DNA of 58,685 bases from Breznakibacter sp. (GTDB lineage Bacteria > Bacteroidota > Bacteroidia > Bacteroidales > Marinilabiliaceae). Made by a program: the position numbers and the translations under genes. The notes beneath the pieces are model-generated. The model saw nothing but the letters and a program-made list of their open reading frames with translations. It was not told the DNA's origin and searched no databases. Shown here piece after piece: positions 18,158 through 28,785 of this stretch (position 1 is the first letter of the stretch; every line of letters begins with the position of its first letter). The DNA is taken from assembly GCA_018055415.1 (NCBI GenBank), contig JAGPHP010000001.1:1-58685 (forward strand), written 5' to 3'.

Positions 18158-19060
18158 TTAAATATTTATACCAATACCAAACAATAATACAACTAAGATA
18201 GTAAGTAATGCCATTCTTTTAAGTTCGATATCAAGAAGTTGAGGCTTAACATTTCTCCAAACACGAACAAAATTGCCTATTTGCAATGGCAACGCTGCTA
18301 AAAAAATAAAATTCCAAACTGTGCTAAAATGGATCGTTGTGTAGGCTATAAGAAGTAAAAAAGGAATAAAAAGTAAAAACCAATGATATATTTTACCATT
18401 CTTAAACCCAAACTTAACCACAAGGGTTATTTTTCCCGAAGCTTTATCATTCACATGGTCGCGCAAATTATTGAGGTTTAAAACCGCACTACTAAGCAAA
18501 CCAACGGCAGCAGCGGGAAATATGATAAAAATATCAAACTCTTGCACCATCAAAAAGTAACTTCCACAAACGCCTACAAGACCAAAAAAAAGAAAAACAA
18601 AAAAATCGCCAAACCCAATATAACCATATGGATTACGCCCCACGGTATATTTGATGGCTGCAGCAATGGCACCACATCCTATCATAAAAAAGATAAAAGT
18701 GGTAATATTAAAAGCATTGCCAAAGGCTAGAGCAATTAAACCAATCCCCGAAATCAACGATAATGCAATAAAAGCAATCACCGCTACCTTCATTGAAAAC
18801 CTTGATATAGAACCACTCTGCACACTTCTTAAAGGCCCAACTCTGTTACTATTATCTACCCCATTAACCGAGTCGCCATAGTCGTTTGCCAAATTCGAGA
18901 GTATCTGCAGAAAAAGTGTTGTCACACACGCTAAAATAAAGATAAACGCATTGAATCGATGATTCTCTAGCGCTAAAAATCCGCCCATAACAATAGATGC
19001 CAAAGCCAATGGCAACGTTCTTAATCGAAATGCTTCGATCCATTTACTAATCATAGTCAC
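18158..19060 (-). CDS. menA: 1,4-dihydroxy-2-naphthoate polyprenyltransferase (UbiA family)
   Basis: Polytopic membrane protein with the NLANDYGD motif. A TATTTTTG box (complement of 19074-19081) lies just upstream. Confidence 0.9.
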   Translation of the reverse strand: MTMISKWIEAFRLRTLPLALASIVMGGFLALENHRFNAFIFILACVTTLFLQILSNLANDYGDSVNGVDNSNRVGPLRSVQSGSISRFSMKVAVIAFIALSLISGIGLIALAFGNAFNITTFIFFMIGCGAIAAAIKYTVGRNPYGYIGFGDFFVFLFFGLVGVCGSYFLMVQEFDIFIIFPAAAVGLLSSAVLNLNNLRDHVNDKASGKITLVVKFGFKNGKIYHWFLLFIPFLLLIAYTTIHFSTVWNFIFLAALPLQIGNFVRVWRNVKPQLLDIELKRMALLTILVVLLFGIGINI

Positions 19061-19153
19061 TTAATATTTTTAGCAAAAATAGAACTTTGAATAGTTAATA
19101 CACAATTTTTATCCATTCATAATGCCAAAACATTGATATACTGCAAAATTGTC

Positions 19154-19161
19154 TATCTTTG
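19154..19161 (+). promoter_or_regulatory. -7 box TATCTTTG for the acetate transporter gene
   Basis: Exact TAnnTTTG match, 28 nt upstream of the ATG at 19190. Confidence 0.35.
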
Positions 19162-19189
19162 CCCCCGCAAATTTTGAAATTTTATAACG

Positions 19190-19762
19190 ATGAACGATCA
19201 AATTACAATTAAAGACACAACCGCAAACCCAGGCCCTCTTGGTCTGATTGCCTTTGGTTTAACAACCATTTTATTGAATCTTCACAATGCAGGTTTATTT
19301 GAAATGAACACCATGATTTTTGCTATGGGCATCTTCGTGGGCGGTTTAGTTCAAATCTTTGTGGGCCTAATGGAGTGGAAAAAGAATAACCTTTTTGGAT
19401 TAATCGCCTTTACCTCGTATGGGGCTTTTTGGTGGACTTTAGTAGGTCTATTAGTAATGACAAAACTAGGATGGGCCGAAGCATCTTCTAAAACTTCAAT
19501 GGGATGGTATTTAACCGTTTGGGGTATCTTCTCATTTGCGCTTTTCTTTGTTGCGCGTAGAGCTTCAATGGCATTAACTATTGTTTTTGCTACAGTTGTA
19601 CTGTTATTTGCACTTTTAGCGGCTGCAAACTTTACCGAATCGCACGCCATTCACACACTTGCTGGATATGTTGGTATCCTTTGCGGTGGTTCGGCACTTT
19701 ATACTGGTATTGCAGAGTTATACAAAGTTGTTTTTGGAAGAGAGATCTTACCTTTAGGCTAG
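19190..19762 (+). CDS. satP: GPR1/FUN34/YaaH-family acetate/succinate transporter
   Basis: N-terminal NPGPLGL motif and six TM helices; 190 aa. Confidence 0.85.
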   Translation: MNDQITIKDTTANPGPLGLIAFGLTTILLNLHNAGLFEMNTMIFAMGIFVGGLVQIFVGLMEWKKNNLFGLIAFTSYGAFWWTLVGLLVMTKLGWAEASSKTSMGWYLTVWGIFSFALFFVARRASMALTIVFATVVLLFALLAAANFTESHAIHTLAGYVGILCGGSALYTGIAELYKVVFGREILPLG

Positions 19763-19785
19763 TATAAAACTTTTAAATAAAACAG

Positions 19786-19817
19786 AATAGGGATTGATAA
19801 AATCCCTATTTTTGTTT
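19786..19817 (+). terminator. Intrinsic terminator
   Basis: aatagggatt / aatccctatt 10-bp stem followed by tttttgttt. Confidence 0.7.
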
Positions 19818-19834
19818 CCACTTAATTAGACACA

Positions 19835-20824
19835 ATGTTACTTTCTATAATAGTCCCTGTTTACGATCGCCCTCAAGAGATTAACGAACTCCTTGAAAGT
19901 TTAATTCAACCAGATATCAATTTGATAGAAATTATCGTCGTTGAAGATGGTTCAACAACCCTCTGCGATGATATTTGCAACAACTATTTGGACAAATTGA
20001 ATATTAGGTACTATTTTCAGAACAATACAGGCCCAGGATTAGCGCGTAATAATGGTGCCGATAAAGCAAATGGTGAGTATCTACTATTTCTTGATTCAGA
20101 CTGCATTGCACCTGTGGACTTTATTTCAAATCTATTAACAGATATAAAAGTTCAAACCCCCGATTGTTGGGGAGGTCCCGATGCTGCACATCCATCTTTT
20201 ACGACAAAACAAAAGGCTATTAATTACAGTATGACCTCCTTGCTCACTACGGGAGGGATTAGAGGTTCTAAAAAGGCAGCCGACAAATTTTATCCTCGTA
20301 GCTTTAACATGGGGGTTAAAAAAGAGGTTTTCAAAAAAATGAATGGATTTGCAGATATCAGATTTGGTGAAGATTTGGATCTGAGTATGCGCATTCTTGA
20401 GGCAGGCTTTAAAACCCAGTTATTCGAGACTCATTTCGTTTATCACAAAAGACGTAATACCTTTAAATCATTCTTCAAACAAGTATATAATTCAGGTAAA
20501 GCACGTATTTTCCTCAACAATCGCCATAAAGGATCACTAAAATTAGTACACCTCCTTCCTACGCTCTTTTTCCTCTACTCGCTCGTAGGATTTCCATTAG
20601 CTATGGTATTTCCAAAGGCCATTTTTATAATACTAATTCCAGCAATGATCTTTTATATCGATGCTTTTTCAAAAACTCACTCAATTAGAGTAGCTGGATA
20701 TGCTATCATTGCTTCCTACACGCAACTTTGCGGCTATGGAATTGGATTTATTGATGGAGCCATTTCACATCTACTCAAAACTAAAAATCAATATAGGTTT
20801 AAGAAGAGTTTTTATAAAGAGTAA
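19835..20824 (+). CDS. Family 2 glycosyltransferase with a C-terminal membrane segment
   Basis: IIVPVYDRP start, DSD (DxD) motif and C-terminal TM helices. Confidence 0.8.
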   Translation: MLLSIIVPVYDRPQEINELLESLIQPDINLIEIIVVEDGSTTLCDDICNNYLDKLNIRYYFQNNTGPGLARNNGADKANGEYLLFLDSDCIAPVDFISNLLTDIKVQTPDCWGGPDAAHPSFTTKQKAINYSMTSLLTTGGIRGSKKAADKFYPRSFNMGVKKEVFKKMNGFADIRFGEDLDLSMRILEAGFKTQLFETHFVYHKRRNTFKSFFKQVYNSGKARIFLNNRHKGSLKLVHLLPTLFFLYSLVGFPLAMVFPKAIFIILIPAMIFYIDAFSKTHSIRVAGYAIIASYTQLCGYGIGFIDGAISHLLKTKNQYRFKKSFYKE

Positions 20825-20867
20825 TCTTTATAAAAACCACAACACAAAACAACAAATATACAACTAC

Positions 20868-23639
20868 TTAACTTAAATATTTACTAAGATAATACCCCGT
20901 ATGAGATTCCTTTATCTCAACAAGTTTCTCTGGCACACCAGCAAATAAAAGTTGACCCCCTTGATCTCCACCCTCAGGTCCCATATCAATCAACCAATCG
21001 GCACACTTAATAACATCTAAATTGTGTTCAATAATAATTAAGGTATGACCACGTTCAACTAGAGCATTAAACGCTTTTAACAACACTTTTACGTCATTAA
21101 AATGCAATCCGGTTGTTGGCTCATCAAAAATAAACAGTGTTGAATTATCACTCTCTTTAGCTAAAAATGAGGCTAATTTCACTCGCTGACTTTCACCACC
21201 ACTTAACGTACTCGACGATTGTCCCATCTTCACATAGCCTAACCCAACGTCAAGTAACGGTTTTAGCTTTGCCGCAATACGCAAATCTTGATTGGTACCC
21301 AACTCCTTAAAGAACTCCACCGCCTCAAATATGCTCATCGAAAGCAAATCCGATATCGATTTGCCATGGTACTTAACCTCTAAAACCTCTTCAGTAAAAC
21401 GGCTTCCATGACAATGCTCGCATTGCAACACCACGTCGGCCATAAACTGCATCTCTACTTTTACAAATCCCTCACCTTCACACTCTTCGCATCGTCCACC
21501 TGGTACATTAAATGAGAAAAATCCGGGTTTAAAACCCATCTTTTTAGCGTATGGTAGCTCCGAATAAAGTTTCCGAATCTCATCGTAAACCTTTAAATAG
21601 GTTACAGGATTTGAGCGTGTTGACTTACCAATTGGATTTTGATCCACAAATTCTACCTCTTTGATCCGCTTAACATCACCCCGAAGTGTACCATAAACGC
21701 CGCCCTTCTCGTCGTAGTTGCCCAACAATTTATTAATGGCGGGATATAATACACTCTTAATTAATGAACTCTTCCCCGATCCACTCACACCTGTTACAAC
21801 CGTCATTACATTGAGCGGGAACTGAGCGGTTACATTTTTAAGATTGTTCTCACAGGCTCCCACTATTTCTATTTTATGATTCCACGCTCGTCGAGATTTG
21901 GGGACTTCAATGGTTTCAATTCCAAGAAGATAATTGGAGGTAACCGTATTTGATTTTGCATTTAAATCTGACATCTTGCCACTAAACACAACCTCTCCCC
22001 CAAAAATGCCAGCTGCTGGACCAATATCTAAGAGATAATCGGCCTCGCGAATAATATCTTCATCATGCTCCACAACTACCACCGTATTACCAACATCGCG
22101 GAGTTTTTTCAAGACCGATATCAGCCTAATAGTATCACGCGAGTGTAATCCAATACTTGGTTCGTCCAAAACATACAACGCCCCAACTAAACTAGAACCT
22201 AAAGAGGTTGCCAAATTGATACGTTGACTCTCACCCCCCGACAGCGAAGAGGATAGACGATTAAGCGTTAAATACCCCAACCCAACATCACTTAAAAAGG
22301 TTAAACGCTGCTTTATCTCAATCAGAAGTCTATTTGAAAGTGTTATCTCATAGGCATCTAACTCCAAATTTGTCATCGCCTCCAACAGTCGCTCAAGTGG
22401 CAACAGTACCAAATCGGTTATGGAGTATCCACCCACTTTAACCCATGCAGCCTCCTTCTTCAATCGACTTCCTTTACAATCTGGACAGGTGGTTTTACCT
22501 CTAAATCTAGAATAAAGTACACGGTATTGAATCTTATATAATTGACTCTCAACCTCTTTAAAAAAGTCTAAAACACCGCCAAAACCCTTTCCTCCTTTCC
22601 AAATGAGCTCTTTCTCTCTCTCAGTTAACTCAAAATAGGATGTGTGAACATTGATGTTGTTATGATGTGCACTTTTTATCAGCTGTTGATTCCACTCGCC
22701 TAAAATCTCTCCTCGCCAACACGCTATTGCTCCTTCAAAAATAGAAAGTGACTTGTCGGGGATAATTAAATCGTGATCTAACCCCAAAACGGCACCAAAT
22801 CCTTCGCATTTAGGACAGGCTCCAGCTGGATTATTGAAAGAAAACATATGATCTGATGGCTCCTCAAATAAAATTCCATCGGCCTCAAACTTATTTGAGA
22901 AAAGATGCGTTTCAGCAATCTCCTTGTAAACTTTAACCACACAACTCCCCTGCCCTTCATAAAAGGCCGTCTGTATCGAATCGGCAATTCGCGCCAAAAA
23001 ATCTTCATCATCCTCTACCTGAATACGATCAATCAACAAGAGGTAGTCATCCTCTACTTTTGACGTCACATCATCAATTGAGATAAACTCTCCCCCCTTC
23101 TCAACTCTCGAAAACCCTTGCTGTTGAAGTACACCTAGCTGCTCAAGAAAACTTCGTCCACTTTGAATAACAATGGGCGATAAAATTGCTATTCGAGTAC
23201 CTTGAGGGTAGCTCTTGATAAAATCAACAACATCCGTAACGGTATGCTTTCTAACCTCAGTATTTGATACGGGCGAAATAGTGCGACCCACGCGCGCAAA
23301 TAACAACTTCAAATAATCATATATCTCTGTGCTCGTTCCTACAGTCGATCGAGGATTTCGCGTATTAACCTTTTGTTCAATTGCTACAGCAGGAGGAATC
23401 CCCTTTATAAAATCAACCTCCGGCTTATCTATCTTTCCCAAAAATTGACGCGCATAAGAGCTTAAACTCTCAATATATCGTCGCTGTCCCTCAGCATAAA
23501 GTGTATCAAAAGCCAAAGAGGACTTTCCTGAGCCCGAAACACCTGTAATGACAACAAACTGATTTAAAGGAACTTTAACATCAATATTTTTCAAATTATG
23601 CACTCTAGCTCCCTTTATTTCAATATACCTCTCTCGCAT
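20868..23639 (-). CDS. uvrA: Excinuclease ABC subunit A family protein
   Basis: 923 aa with two ABC ATPase modules (GVSGSGKSSLAFDTLYAEGQRRY; second GVSGSGKSSL), LSGGE signatures and CxxC zinc motifs. Confidence 0.9.
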   Translation of the reverse strand: MRERYIEIKGARVHNLKNIDVKVPLNQFVVITGVSGSGKSSLAFDTLYAEGQRRYIESLSSYARQFLGKIDKPEVDFIKGIPPAVAIEQKVNTRNPRSTVGTSTEIYDYLKLLFARVGRTISPVSNTEVRKHTVTDVVDFIKSYPQGTRIAILSPIVIQSGRSFLEQLGVLQQQGFSRVEKGGEFISIDDVTSKVEDDYLLLIDRIQVEDDEDFLARIADSIQTAFYEGQGSCVVKVYKEIAETHLFSNKFEADGILFEEPSDHMFSFNNPAGACPKCEGFGAVLGLDHDLIIPDKSLSIFEGAIACWRGEILGEWNQQLIKSAHHNNINVHTSYFELTEREKELIWKGGKGFGGVLDFFKEVESQLYKIQYRVLYSRFRGKTTCPDCKGSRLKKEAAWVKVGGYSITDLVLLPLERLLEAMTNLELDAYEITLSNRLLIEIKQRLTFLSDVGLGYLTLNRLSSSLSGGESQRINLATSLGSSLVGALYVLDEPSIGLHSRDTIRLISVLKKLRDVGNTVVVVEHDEDIIREADYLLDIGPAAGIFGGEVVFSGKMSDLNAKSNTVTSNYLLGIETIEVPKSRRAWNHKIEIVGACENNLKNVTAQFPLNVMTVVTGVSGSGKSSLIKSVLYPAINKLLGNYDEKGGVYGTLRGDVKRIKEVEFVDQNPIGKSTRSNPVTYLKVYDEIRKLYSELPYAKKMGFKPGFFSFNVPGGRCEECEGEGFVKVEMQFMADVVLQCEHCHGSRFTEEVLEVKYHGKSISDLLSMSIFEAVEFFKELGTNQDLRIAAKLKPLLDVGLGYVKMGQSSSTLSGGESQRVKLASFLAKESDNSTLFIFDEPTTGLHFNDVKVLLKAFNALVERGHTLIIIEHNLDVIKCADWLIDMGPEGGDQGGQLLFAGVPEKLVEIKESHTGYYLSKYLS

Positions 23640-23735
23640 AAATAGATTCTAATAATTTTTAGCAATGCTATCATTTTTTTTTAACAAATCCTATAATATT
23701 TATGTTCAAAGCGTTGCCCAAAAAGAAATAAATAT

Positions 23736-23743
23736 TATTTTTG
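23736..23743 (+). promoter_or_regulatory. -7 box TATTTTTG upstream of the ECF sigma gene
   Basis: TAnnTTTG match about 84 nt upstream of the ATG. Confidence 0.3.
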
Positions 23744-23826
23744 CTGTTAATAATTGTTAAACACTTTAAACGATACGCGCCTATATAGAACTTCTACTTT
23801 TTCTTAGACACTTTCAATTTTTAGTT

Positions 23827-24429
23827 ATGAAAAAGGATAAGTTCATTTCTGATGAATCTTTAATTAAAGATTTTCAGGCGGGCAATGAGGCGTGTTTAGA
23901 GACTCTGATCCACAGACACAAGTCTCGAGTTTTCACCTTTATTTTGCGCAAAGTTAAAAACAGAGAACTCGCTGATGATATCTTTCAAGATTCGTTTATC
24001 AAAGCTGTATGTTCGCTCAAACAGAACAAGTACGTTGAAGATGGCAAATTTTCAGCGTGGCTTATTCGTATAGCTCATAACATTATTATTGACCATTTCC
24101 GAAAAAATAAAGTTAAAAAGGAGTTTCTTCCAAGTAACGATTTTATTATAATGAACGGGACTCAAAATGAGCTTGAATACTCCATTGAGGATCAAATCAT
24201 TACCCAACAAACACACAAAGAACTTAACAATCTCATGCTTCTTTTACCCGATGTTCAAAAAGAGGTACTACACTTACGACTTTTTTGCGACTTGAGTTTC
24301 AAAGAGATAGCCGAAGAGACCAACGTTTCCATTAACACTGCTTTGGGACGTATGCGATATGCTCTTATCAACTTAAAAAAACTTATTGAAGAGAAAAACA
24401 TTCAATTAGAGATTCCAGCATTACAATAA
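23827..24429 (+). CDS. ECF-type RNA polymerase sigma-70 family factor
   Basis: Region 2 (FSAWLIRIAHNIIIDHFRK) and a region 4 helix-turn-helix (SFKEIAEETNVSINTALGRMRYA). Confidence 0.9.
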   Translation: MKKDKFISDESLIKDFQAGNEACLETLIHRHKSRVFTFILRKVKNRELADDIFQDSFIKAVCSLKQNKYVEDGKFSAWLIRIAHNIIIDHFRKNKVKKEFLPSNDFIIMNGTQNELEYSIEDQIITQQTHKELNNLMLLLPDVQKEVLHLRLFCDLSFKEIAEETNVSINTALGRMRYALINLKKLIEEKNIQLEIPALQ

Positions 24430-24468
24430 AATGGAAACGCAGTCGTTATTAGTAGAAAAAAGAGGCCT

Positions 24469-24642
24469 ATGCAACGAAGTTCTACTCATTCAAAAAACAA
24501 CGCGCTCCTAAAAATTAAAAGAAATTCGAAAAGTATGAATTGTGTAAGTAACGAGGTTATTTCTAACATTTTGAACTTCTCTAAAGCTTACGAAGCTCTT
24601 TCGCAGAGTACAATCCAACTTAATGGAGTTGTGTTAAACTAA
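24469..24642 (+). CDS. Candidate 57-aa small protein downstream of the ECF sigma gene (below the track cutoff)
   Basis: The ATG at 24469 opens an ORF encoding MQRSSTHSKNNALLKIKRNSKSMNCVSNEVISNILNFSKAYEALSQSTIQLNGVVLN. Its stop is immediately followed by a strong terminator. An alternative 24-aa ORF starts at 24431. Confidence 0.35.
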   Translation: MQRSSTHSKNNALLKIKRNSKSMNCVSNEVISNILNFSKAYEALSQSTIQLNGVVLN

Positions 24643-24647
24643 AAAAA

Positions 24648-24670
24648 GGAAGCAAATGCTTCCTTTTTTT
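24648..24670. terminator. Bidirectional terminator between the small ORF and the lipoprotein gene
   Basis: ggaagc-aaat-gcttcc hairpin flanked by A7 on one side and T7 on the other. Confidence 0.7.
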
Positions 24671-24689
24671 AGTTTATATCCTTTTCCGT

Positions 24690-25601
24690 TTAGCTAATAA
24701 ACTCACCTCTTATCTCCTCAACCTTCTTTAATAGAGCTTTGAAAACCTCAGGCGACATATAAGCTTCTGAATCTGTTTTGATTGTAGTCACTTGTGTTTC
24801 GGCGTTTGTTGATGCTTCAACACCACCTCTCTTAATCTCCACGTTATTATAAATTGATCTCAGCTCATCCATCTTAACACGTAGCAGTCCCATCTCCTCC
24901 GAATCATTATACTCATCAATCAAACTAATAACGGTCTCTAATGATAATTTCTGGTAAATAATACGCTCAATTAATTTCTTATTATCCATAGACTCATTGG
25001 TGAGTTTGGTTGCTAAGTATAAACCCTCAACCCAACCTCCAACTAAAACCATAACAGCAATCGTTGGACGGTTGTTTTCCGATAGATAAGCATTTGAGTT
25101 TAGAAATGTTTCAGAAATAATCTCTAAAACCATCTCTCTATTGTTCATATTATCTTGTAATTTCTCAATCGACTTCTCATCAATAGCCCCAAGAATCCCT
25201 AAACCATCGGCCAATTTACGGGCGTTACCCATGTATCTAATCGAAGTTTGATTCTGATCAAATAAACTGGTATAGCTTAAGTCAGCACTATAAACACCCA
25301 GATTTAAGGCCATCTTATAGTTACTATTATACTTGGTGATATTCTCAACTGGATTTAACAAATCTTCGTTATAAACAGATCCTGATTTCTTTATCAACAT
25401 TGCTGTTTCAAGAGGACTTGGAAGCGAATAAAAGATGTGCTTCGACTTATTAAAATCATTTACCAAATCTTCGTCAACCTTTACACTCTCATTTTGACTC
25501 TCGTCACCTTTGTTTGCGGGTTTTGAATTACAAGATGATAATATCGAAAAAAGAGAAATAATGAGCGACAATCCTAAATAAGAAACACTTTTGCTTTTCA
25601 T
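24690..25601 (-). CDS. Lipoprotein of unknown function
   Basis: Signal peptide with a lipobox (FSILSSC). A TAATTTTG box (complement of 25640-25647) lies 39 nt upstream. Confidence 0.8.
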   Translation of the reverse strand: MKSKSVSYLGLSLIISLFSILSSCNSKPANKGDESQNESVKVDEDLVNDFNKSKHIFYSLPSPLETAMLIKKSGSVYNEDLLNPVENITKYNSNYKMALNLGVYSADLSYTSLFDQNQTSIRYMGNARKLADGLGILGAIDEKSIEKLQDNMNNREMVLEIISETFLNSNAYLSENNRPTIAVMVLVGGWVEGLYLATKLTNESMDNKKLIERIIYQKLSLETVISLIDEYNDSEEMGLLRVKMDELRSIYNNVEIKRGGVEASTNAETQVTTIKTDSEAYMSPEVFKALLKKVEEIRGEFIS

Positions 25602-25835
25602 ATCTTCATACTGGTTTTGATTTATTTTATAAAAATAATCAAAATTATGTGACTCACTAAATTAACTCTGTAAAAAATGAATTTTGTGTGATTCTTTTTT
25701 TTGATATCCTTCTATAAACTAACTGATAATCTTTTTAATAAATAAGGTGAATATTTAAATCCTTGTCACTTGGATGAGGGATTTTATAAAACAATGATCT
25801 ACACTTGTTTTATGCTCATTTTATTATGATAAAGA

Positions 25836-26519
25836 TTAATGATAATCTCGCTCTCCAAAAATCATAGATCCAACGCGAATAAGATTGCCTCCATACTTAA
25901 TAGCAATCTTATAATCTCCCGACATTCCAATGGAGAGCTTAGTTATTAACTCTTCACCCAAAGTGGCTTTACATAAATCAAGGAGCTGCTTTATGTGTAA
26001 AAACTCACGCTCAACAACCGCTACATCATCGGTATTTGAAGCCATACCCATTAATCCAACCACTCTCACATGTGTAAATCGTGCCAGAAGATCACTGTGA
26101 ATTAATTGGTGAAGCTCTTCGTCCGAAAGCCCAAATTTACTCTCCTCCTGTGCAATATGAATTTGCAAAAGTACATCTACTACTCTATTGATCTTGAGGG
26201 CTTGTTTATTAATTTCCTCCAGCAAGCGCACAGAATCAACCCCATGTATTAGCGTAACAAATGGCACAAGCTGTTTTACTTTATTGGTTTGTAGATGACC
26301 GATAAAATGCCACTCAATATCTTTTGGTAAAGATTCGTACTTTGCCAAAAGTTCTTGAACTTTGTTCTCTCCAAAAATTCGTTGTCCAATGCTATAAGCT
26401 TCCAAAACAGCCTCATTTGGGTGTGTTTTTGACGTCGCAACCACATCAACCCCACTAGGCAATTCGGAAAGTAACAACTTTAATCTATCTGCTATACCCA
26501 TAATAAAAAAGTGCTCCAT
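25836..26519 (-). CDS. yggS: YggS-family pyridoxal-phosphate homeostasis protein
   Basis: VVATSKTHP (PLP lysine), about 220 aa with an alanine-racemase N-terminal-like fold pattern. The start may instead be the Met at 26501. Confidence 0.85.
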   Translation of the reverse strand: MEHFFIMGIADRLKLLLSELPSGVDVVATSKTHPNEAVLEAYSIGQRIFGENKVQELLAKYESLPKDIEWHFIGHLQTNKVKQLVPFVTLIHGVDSVRLLEEINKQALKINRVVDVLLQIHIAQEESKFGLSDEELHQLIHSDLLARFTHVRVVGLMGMASNTDDVAVVEREFLHIKQLLDLCKATLGEELITKLSIGMSGDYKIAIKYGGNLIRVGSMIFGERDYH

Positions 26520-26539
26520 TTACGAAGCACTTTAGATTT

Positions 26540-27790
26540 TTATTGTAAACTGTGAATGACTAATCCAGAGCGCAACTTTGGTTCAAACCAAGTTGTCTTA
26601 GGTGGCATGATATTGCCTGTATCTGCAATGTTTATAAGCTGTGACATTGACACTGGATAGAGTGCAAATGCAACAGCCATCTCTTTGCTATCAACACGCT
26701 TAGATAACTCGCCTAACCCTCTAATACCTCCAACAAAATCAATACGTTTATCGGTTCTTAAATCTTTAATTCCTAAAATCTCGTCCAAGATATATTTTGA
26801 TAAAATAGTCACATCCAATGCTCCAATAGGATCATTATCATCAAAACGACCAGCTTTTGGCGTTAAAGAGTACCATTTTCCATCTAAATACATAGTAAAA
26901 TGGTGCAAGCTGTTAGGTTTAACAATCTCCGCCCCTTTTGCTTCTACCACAAAATCATTTGTTAATAATTTCAGGAATATCTCCTTAGAGTGGCCATTTA
27001 AATCTTTAACAACTCTATTGTAATCAATGATATTCAATTGGTTATCAGGAAAATGAACCGCTAAAAAGAAGTTATACTCTTCATCACCCGTATGATTTGG
27101 ATTAGCTTTGCGCTTCTCTGCACCCACTAATGCAGCAGCAGCAGTTCTATGATGTCCATCAGCAACATAGGTATAAGGAACCTTTGTTTTAAACAAGTTC
27201 TCAATCTCTGTAACTGTTTTCCTGTCATTAATAACCCAAAAATGGTGTCCAAATCCATCTTCCGACACAAAATCGTAATCAGGTCTTTGAACTTTCACAA
27301 TATTAAAAACGATATCATCGATCTCTTTAACTGCAGGATAAGCAAAAAATACGGGCTCCACATTCGCGTTATTAATACGCACGTGAATCATTCTATCTTC
27401 CTCTTTATCTGGACGAGTTAATTCGTGTTTTTTGATGATGCCATTTAAATAATCATCAACAGCTGCCGCACCAACAAGACCATACTGCGTACGACCATTC
27501 ATGGTTTGAGCGTAGATATAGAAATTGTTCTCTTTATCGGCAACTAACCACCCTTTTTCCTGAAACTTTTTAAAGTTCTCAACCGACTTTGAATAAACCT
27601 CTTCGGAATGAACATCAACGCCAGCAGGGCAGTCAATCTCCGAACGAGTTATATTCAATAATGAATGCTCTAGACCTTTTGATAAAACTTTTGCCTCTTC
27701 GGCATTCATCACATCATAAGGCAAACAAGATAGATCGACCGCAATATTTTGTGGAGGACGGAGTCCTTTAAACGGTTTTACAATTGCCAT
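26540..27790 (-). CDS. DUF1015-family protein
   Basis: 416 aa beginning MAIVKPFKGLRP, typical of DUF1015 as I recall it. It starts 1 nt after the serA-like stop. Confidence 0.8.
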   Translation of the reverse strand: MAIVKPFKGLRPPQNIAVDLSCLPYDVMNAEEAKVLSKGLEHSLLNITRSEIDCPAGVDVHSEEVYSKSVENFKKFQEKGWLVADKENNFYIYAQTMNGRTQYGLVGAAAVDDYLNGIIKKHELTRPDKEEDRMIHVRINNANVEPVFFAYPAVKEIDDIVFNIVKVQRPDYDFVSEDGFGHHFWVINDRKTVTEIENLFKTKVPYTYVADGHHRTAAAALVGAEKRKANPNHTGDEEYNFFLAVHFPDNQLNIIDYNRVVKDLNGHSKEIFLKLLTNDFVVEAKGAEIVKPNSLHHFTMYLDGKWYSLTPKAGRFDDNDPIGALDVTILSKYILDEILGIKDLRTDKRIDFVGGIRGLGELSKRVDSKEMAVAFALYPVSMSQLINIADTGNIMPPKTTWFEPKLRSGLVIHSLQ

Positions 27791-27791
27791 A

Positions 27792-28718
27792 CTATTTTTT
27801 ATTTACTCTAAAAGTTTCGTCACCTTTAGTAAAGAAATTTACTATTTGATTTGCTGCAGCTACACCTGCATTTACATTTGCCTCATCCGTTTGAGCACCC
27901 ATTTTCTTTGGTGTAAAGAAATATCTACCTGCAAATTTTTCTGCGTATACAGCTGCATTATCAGGCATAATATCTGAAAGATATGAGAAATCTTTTCTCT
28001 CTTCCATCAATTGCACTAATTCAGCCTCATCAATTACCTCTTTACGAGCTGTATTTACTAAAACACCTCCTTTAGGCATCTTATTCAACAATGCGTAATT
28101 AATAGATTTTTTAGTCTTCTCGGTTGCAGGAATATGTAACGACACAAAGTGACATGTTAAATATAACTCCTCAACAGTTTTTAGAGGAGTTACACCGTCA
28201 GCCTTTACTTTATCGTCGGCAACAAATGGATCAAAAGCATAAACTTCCATGCCAAATCCTTTTGCAATTTTAGCCACATACTGACCAACATTACCATACG
28301 CATGAATACCAATCTTCTTACCACGTAATTCGCTTCCAGAAGCTCCGCTATACCCTTTACGAGCATTTAAGATCATCATTCCAAAAACCAATTCAGCAAC
28401 AGCATTTGCATTCTGACCTGGTGTATTCATAGCAACAACACCATTTGCAGTACATGCCTCTAAATCTAAGTTATCGTATCCGGCACCCGCTCTTACAACA
28501 ATCTTCAACTCCGAACCAGCTTCAATAACATCTTTCGACATGATGTCTGAACGTACAATAACAGCATTAGCACTCTTTACGGCGTCAATTAACTCCGATT
28601 TTTGAGTGTATTTCTCTAATAAAGAGAGTTTAAATCCAGCAGCTTCAACAATAGCTCTGATTTTATCAACAGCCTCTTTTGCAAATGGCTTATCGGTTGC
28701 GATTAATACATTTTTCAT
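27792..28718 (-). CDS. serA: D-3-phosphoglycerate dehydrogenase-like 2-hydroxyacid dehydrogenase
   Basis: GAGYDNLD and GIHAYGNVG (GxGxxG) motifs, adjacent to serC. The start was moved to ATG 28718 (MKNVLIATDKPF). Confidence 0.8.
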   Translation of the reverse strand: MKNVLIATDKPFAKEAVDKIRAIVEAAGFKLSLLEKYTQKSELIDAVKSANAVIVRSDIMSKDVIEAGSELKIVVRAGAGYDNLDLEACTANGVVAMNTPGQNANAVAELVFGMMILNARKGYSGASGSELRGKKIGIHAYGNVGQYVAKIAKGFGMEVYAFDPFVADDKVKADGVTPLKTVEELYLTCHFVSLHIPATEKTKKSINYALLNKMPKGGVLVNTARKEVIDEAELVQLMEERKDFSYLSDIMPDNAAVYAEKFAGRYFFTPKKMGAQTDEANVNAGVAAANQIVNFFTKGDETFRVNKK

Positions 28719-28785
28719 AATTAGATCTCTATTAAAAAACAATCCGACTCAGGAGATGAGTCGGACTGAAAAGTTGTATATTATA

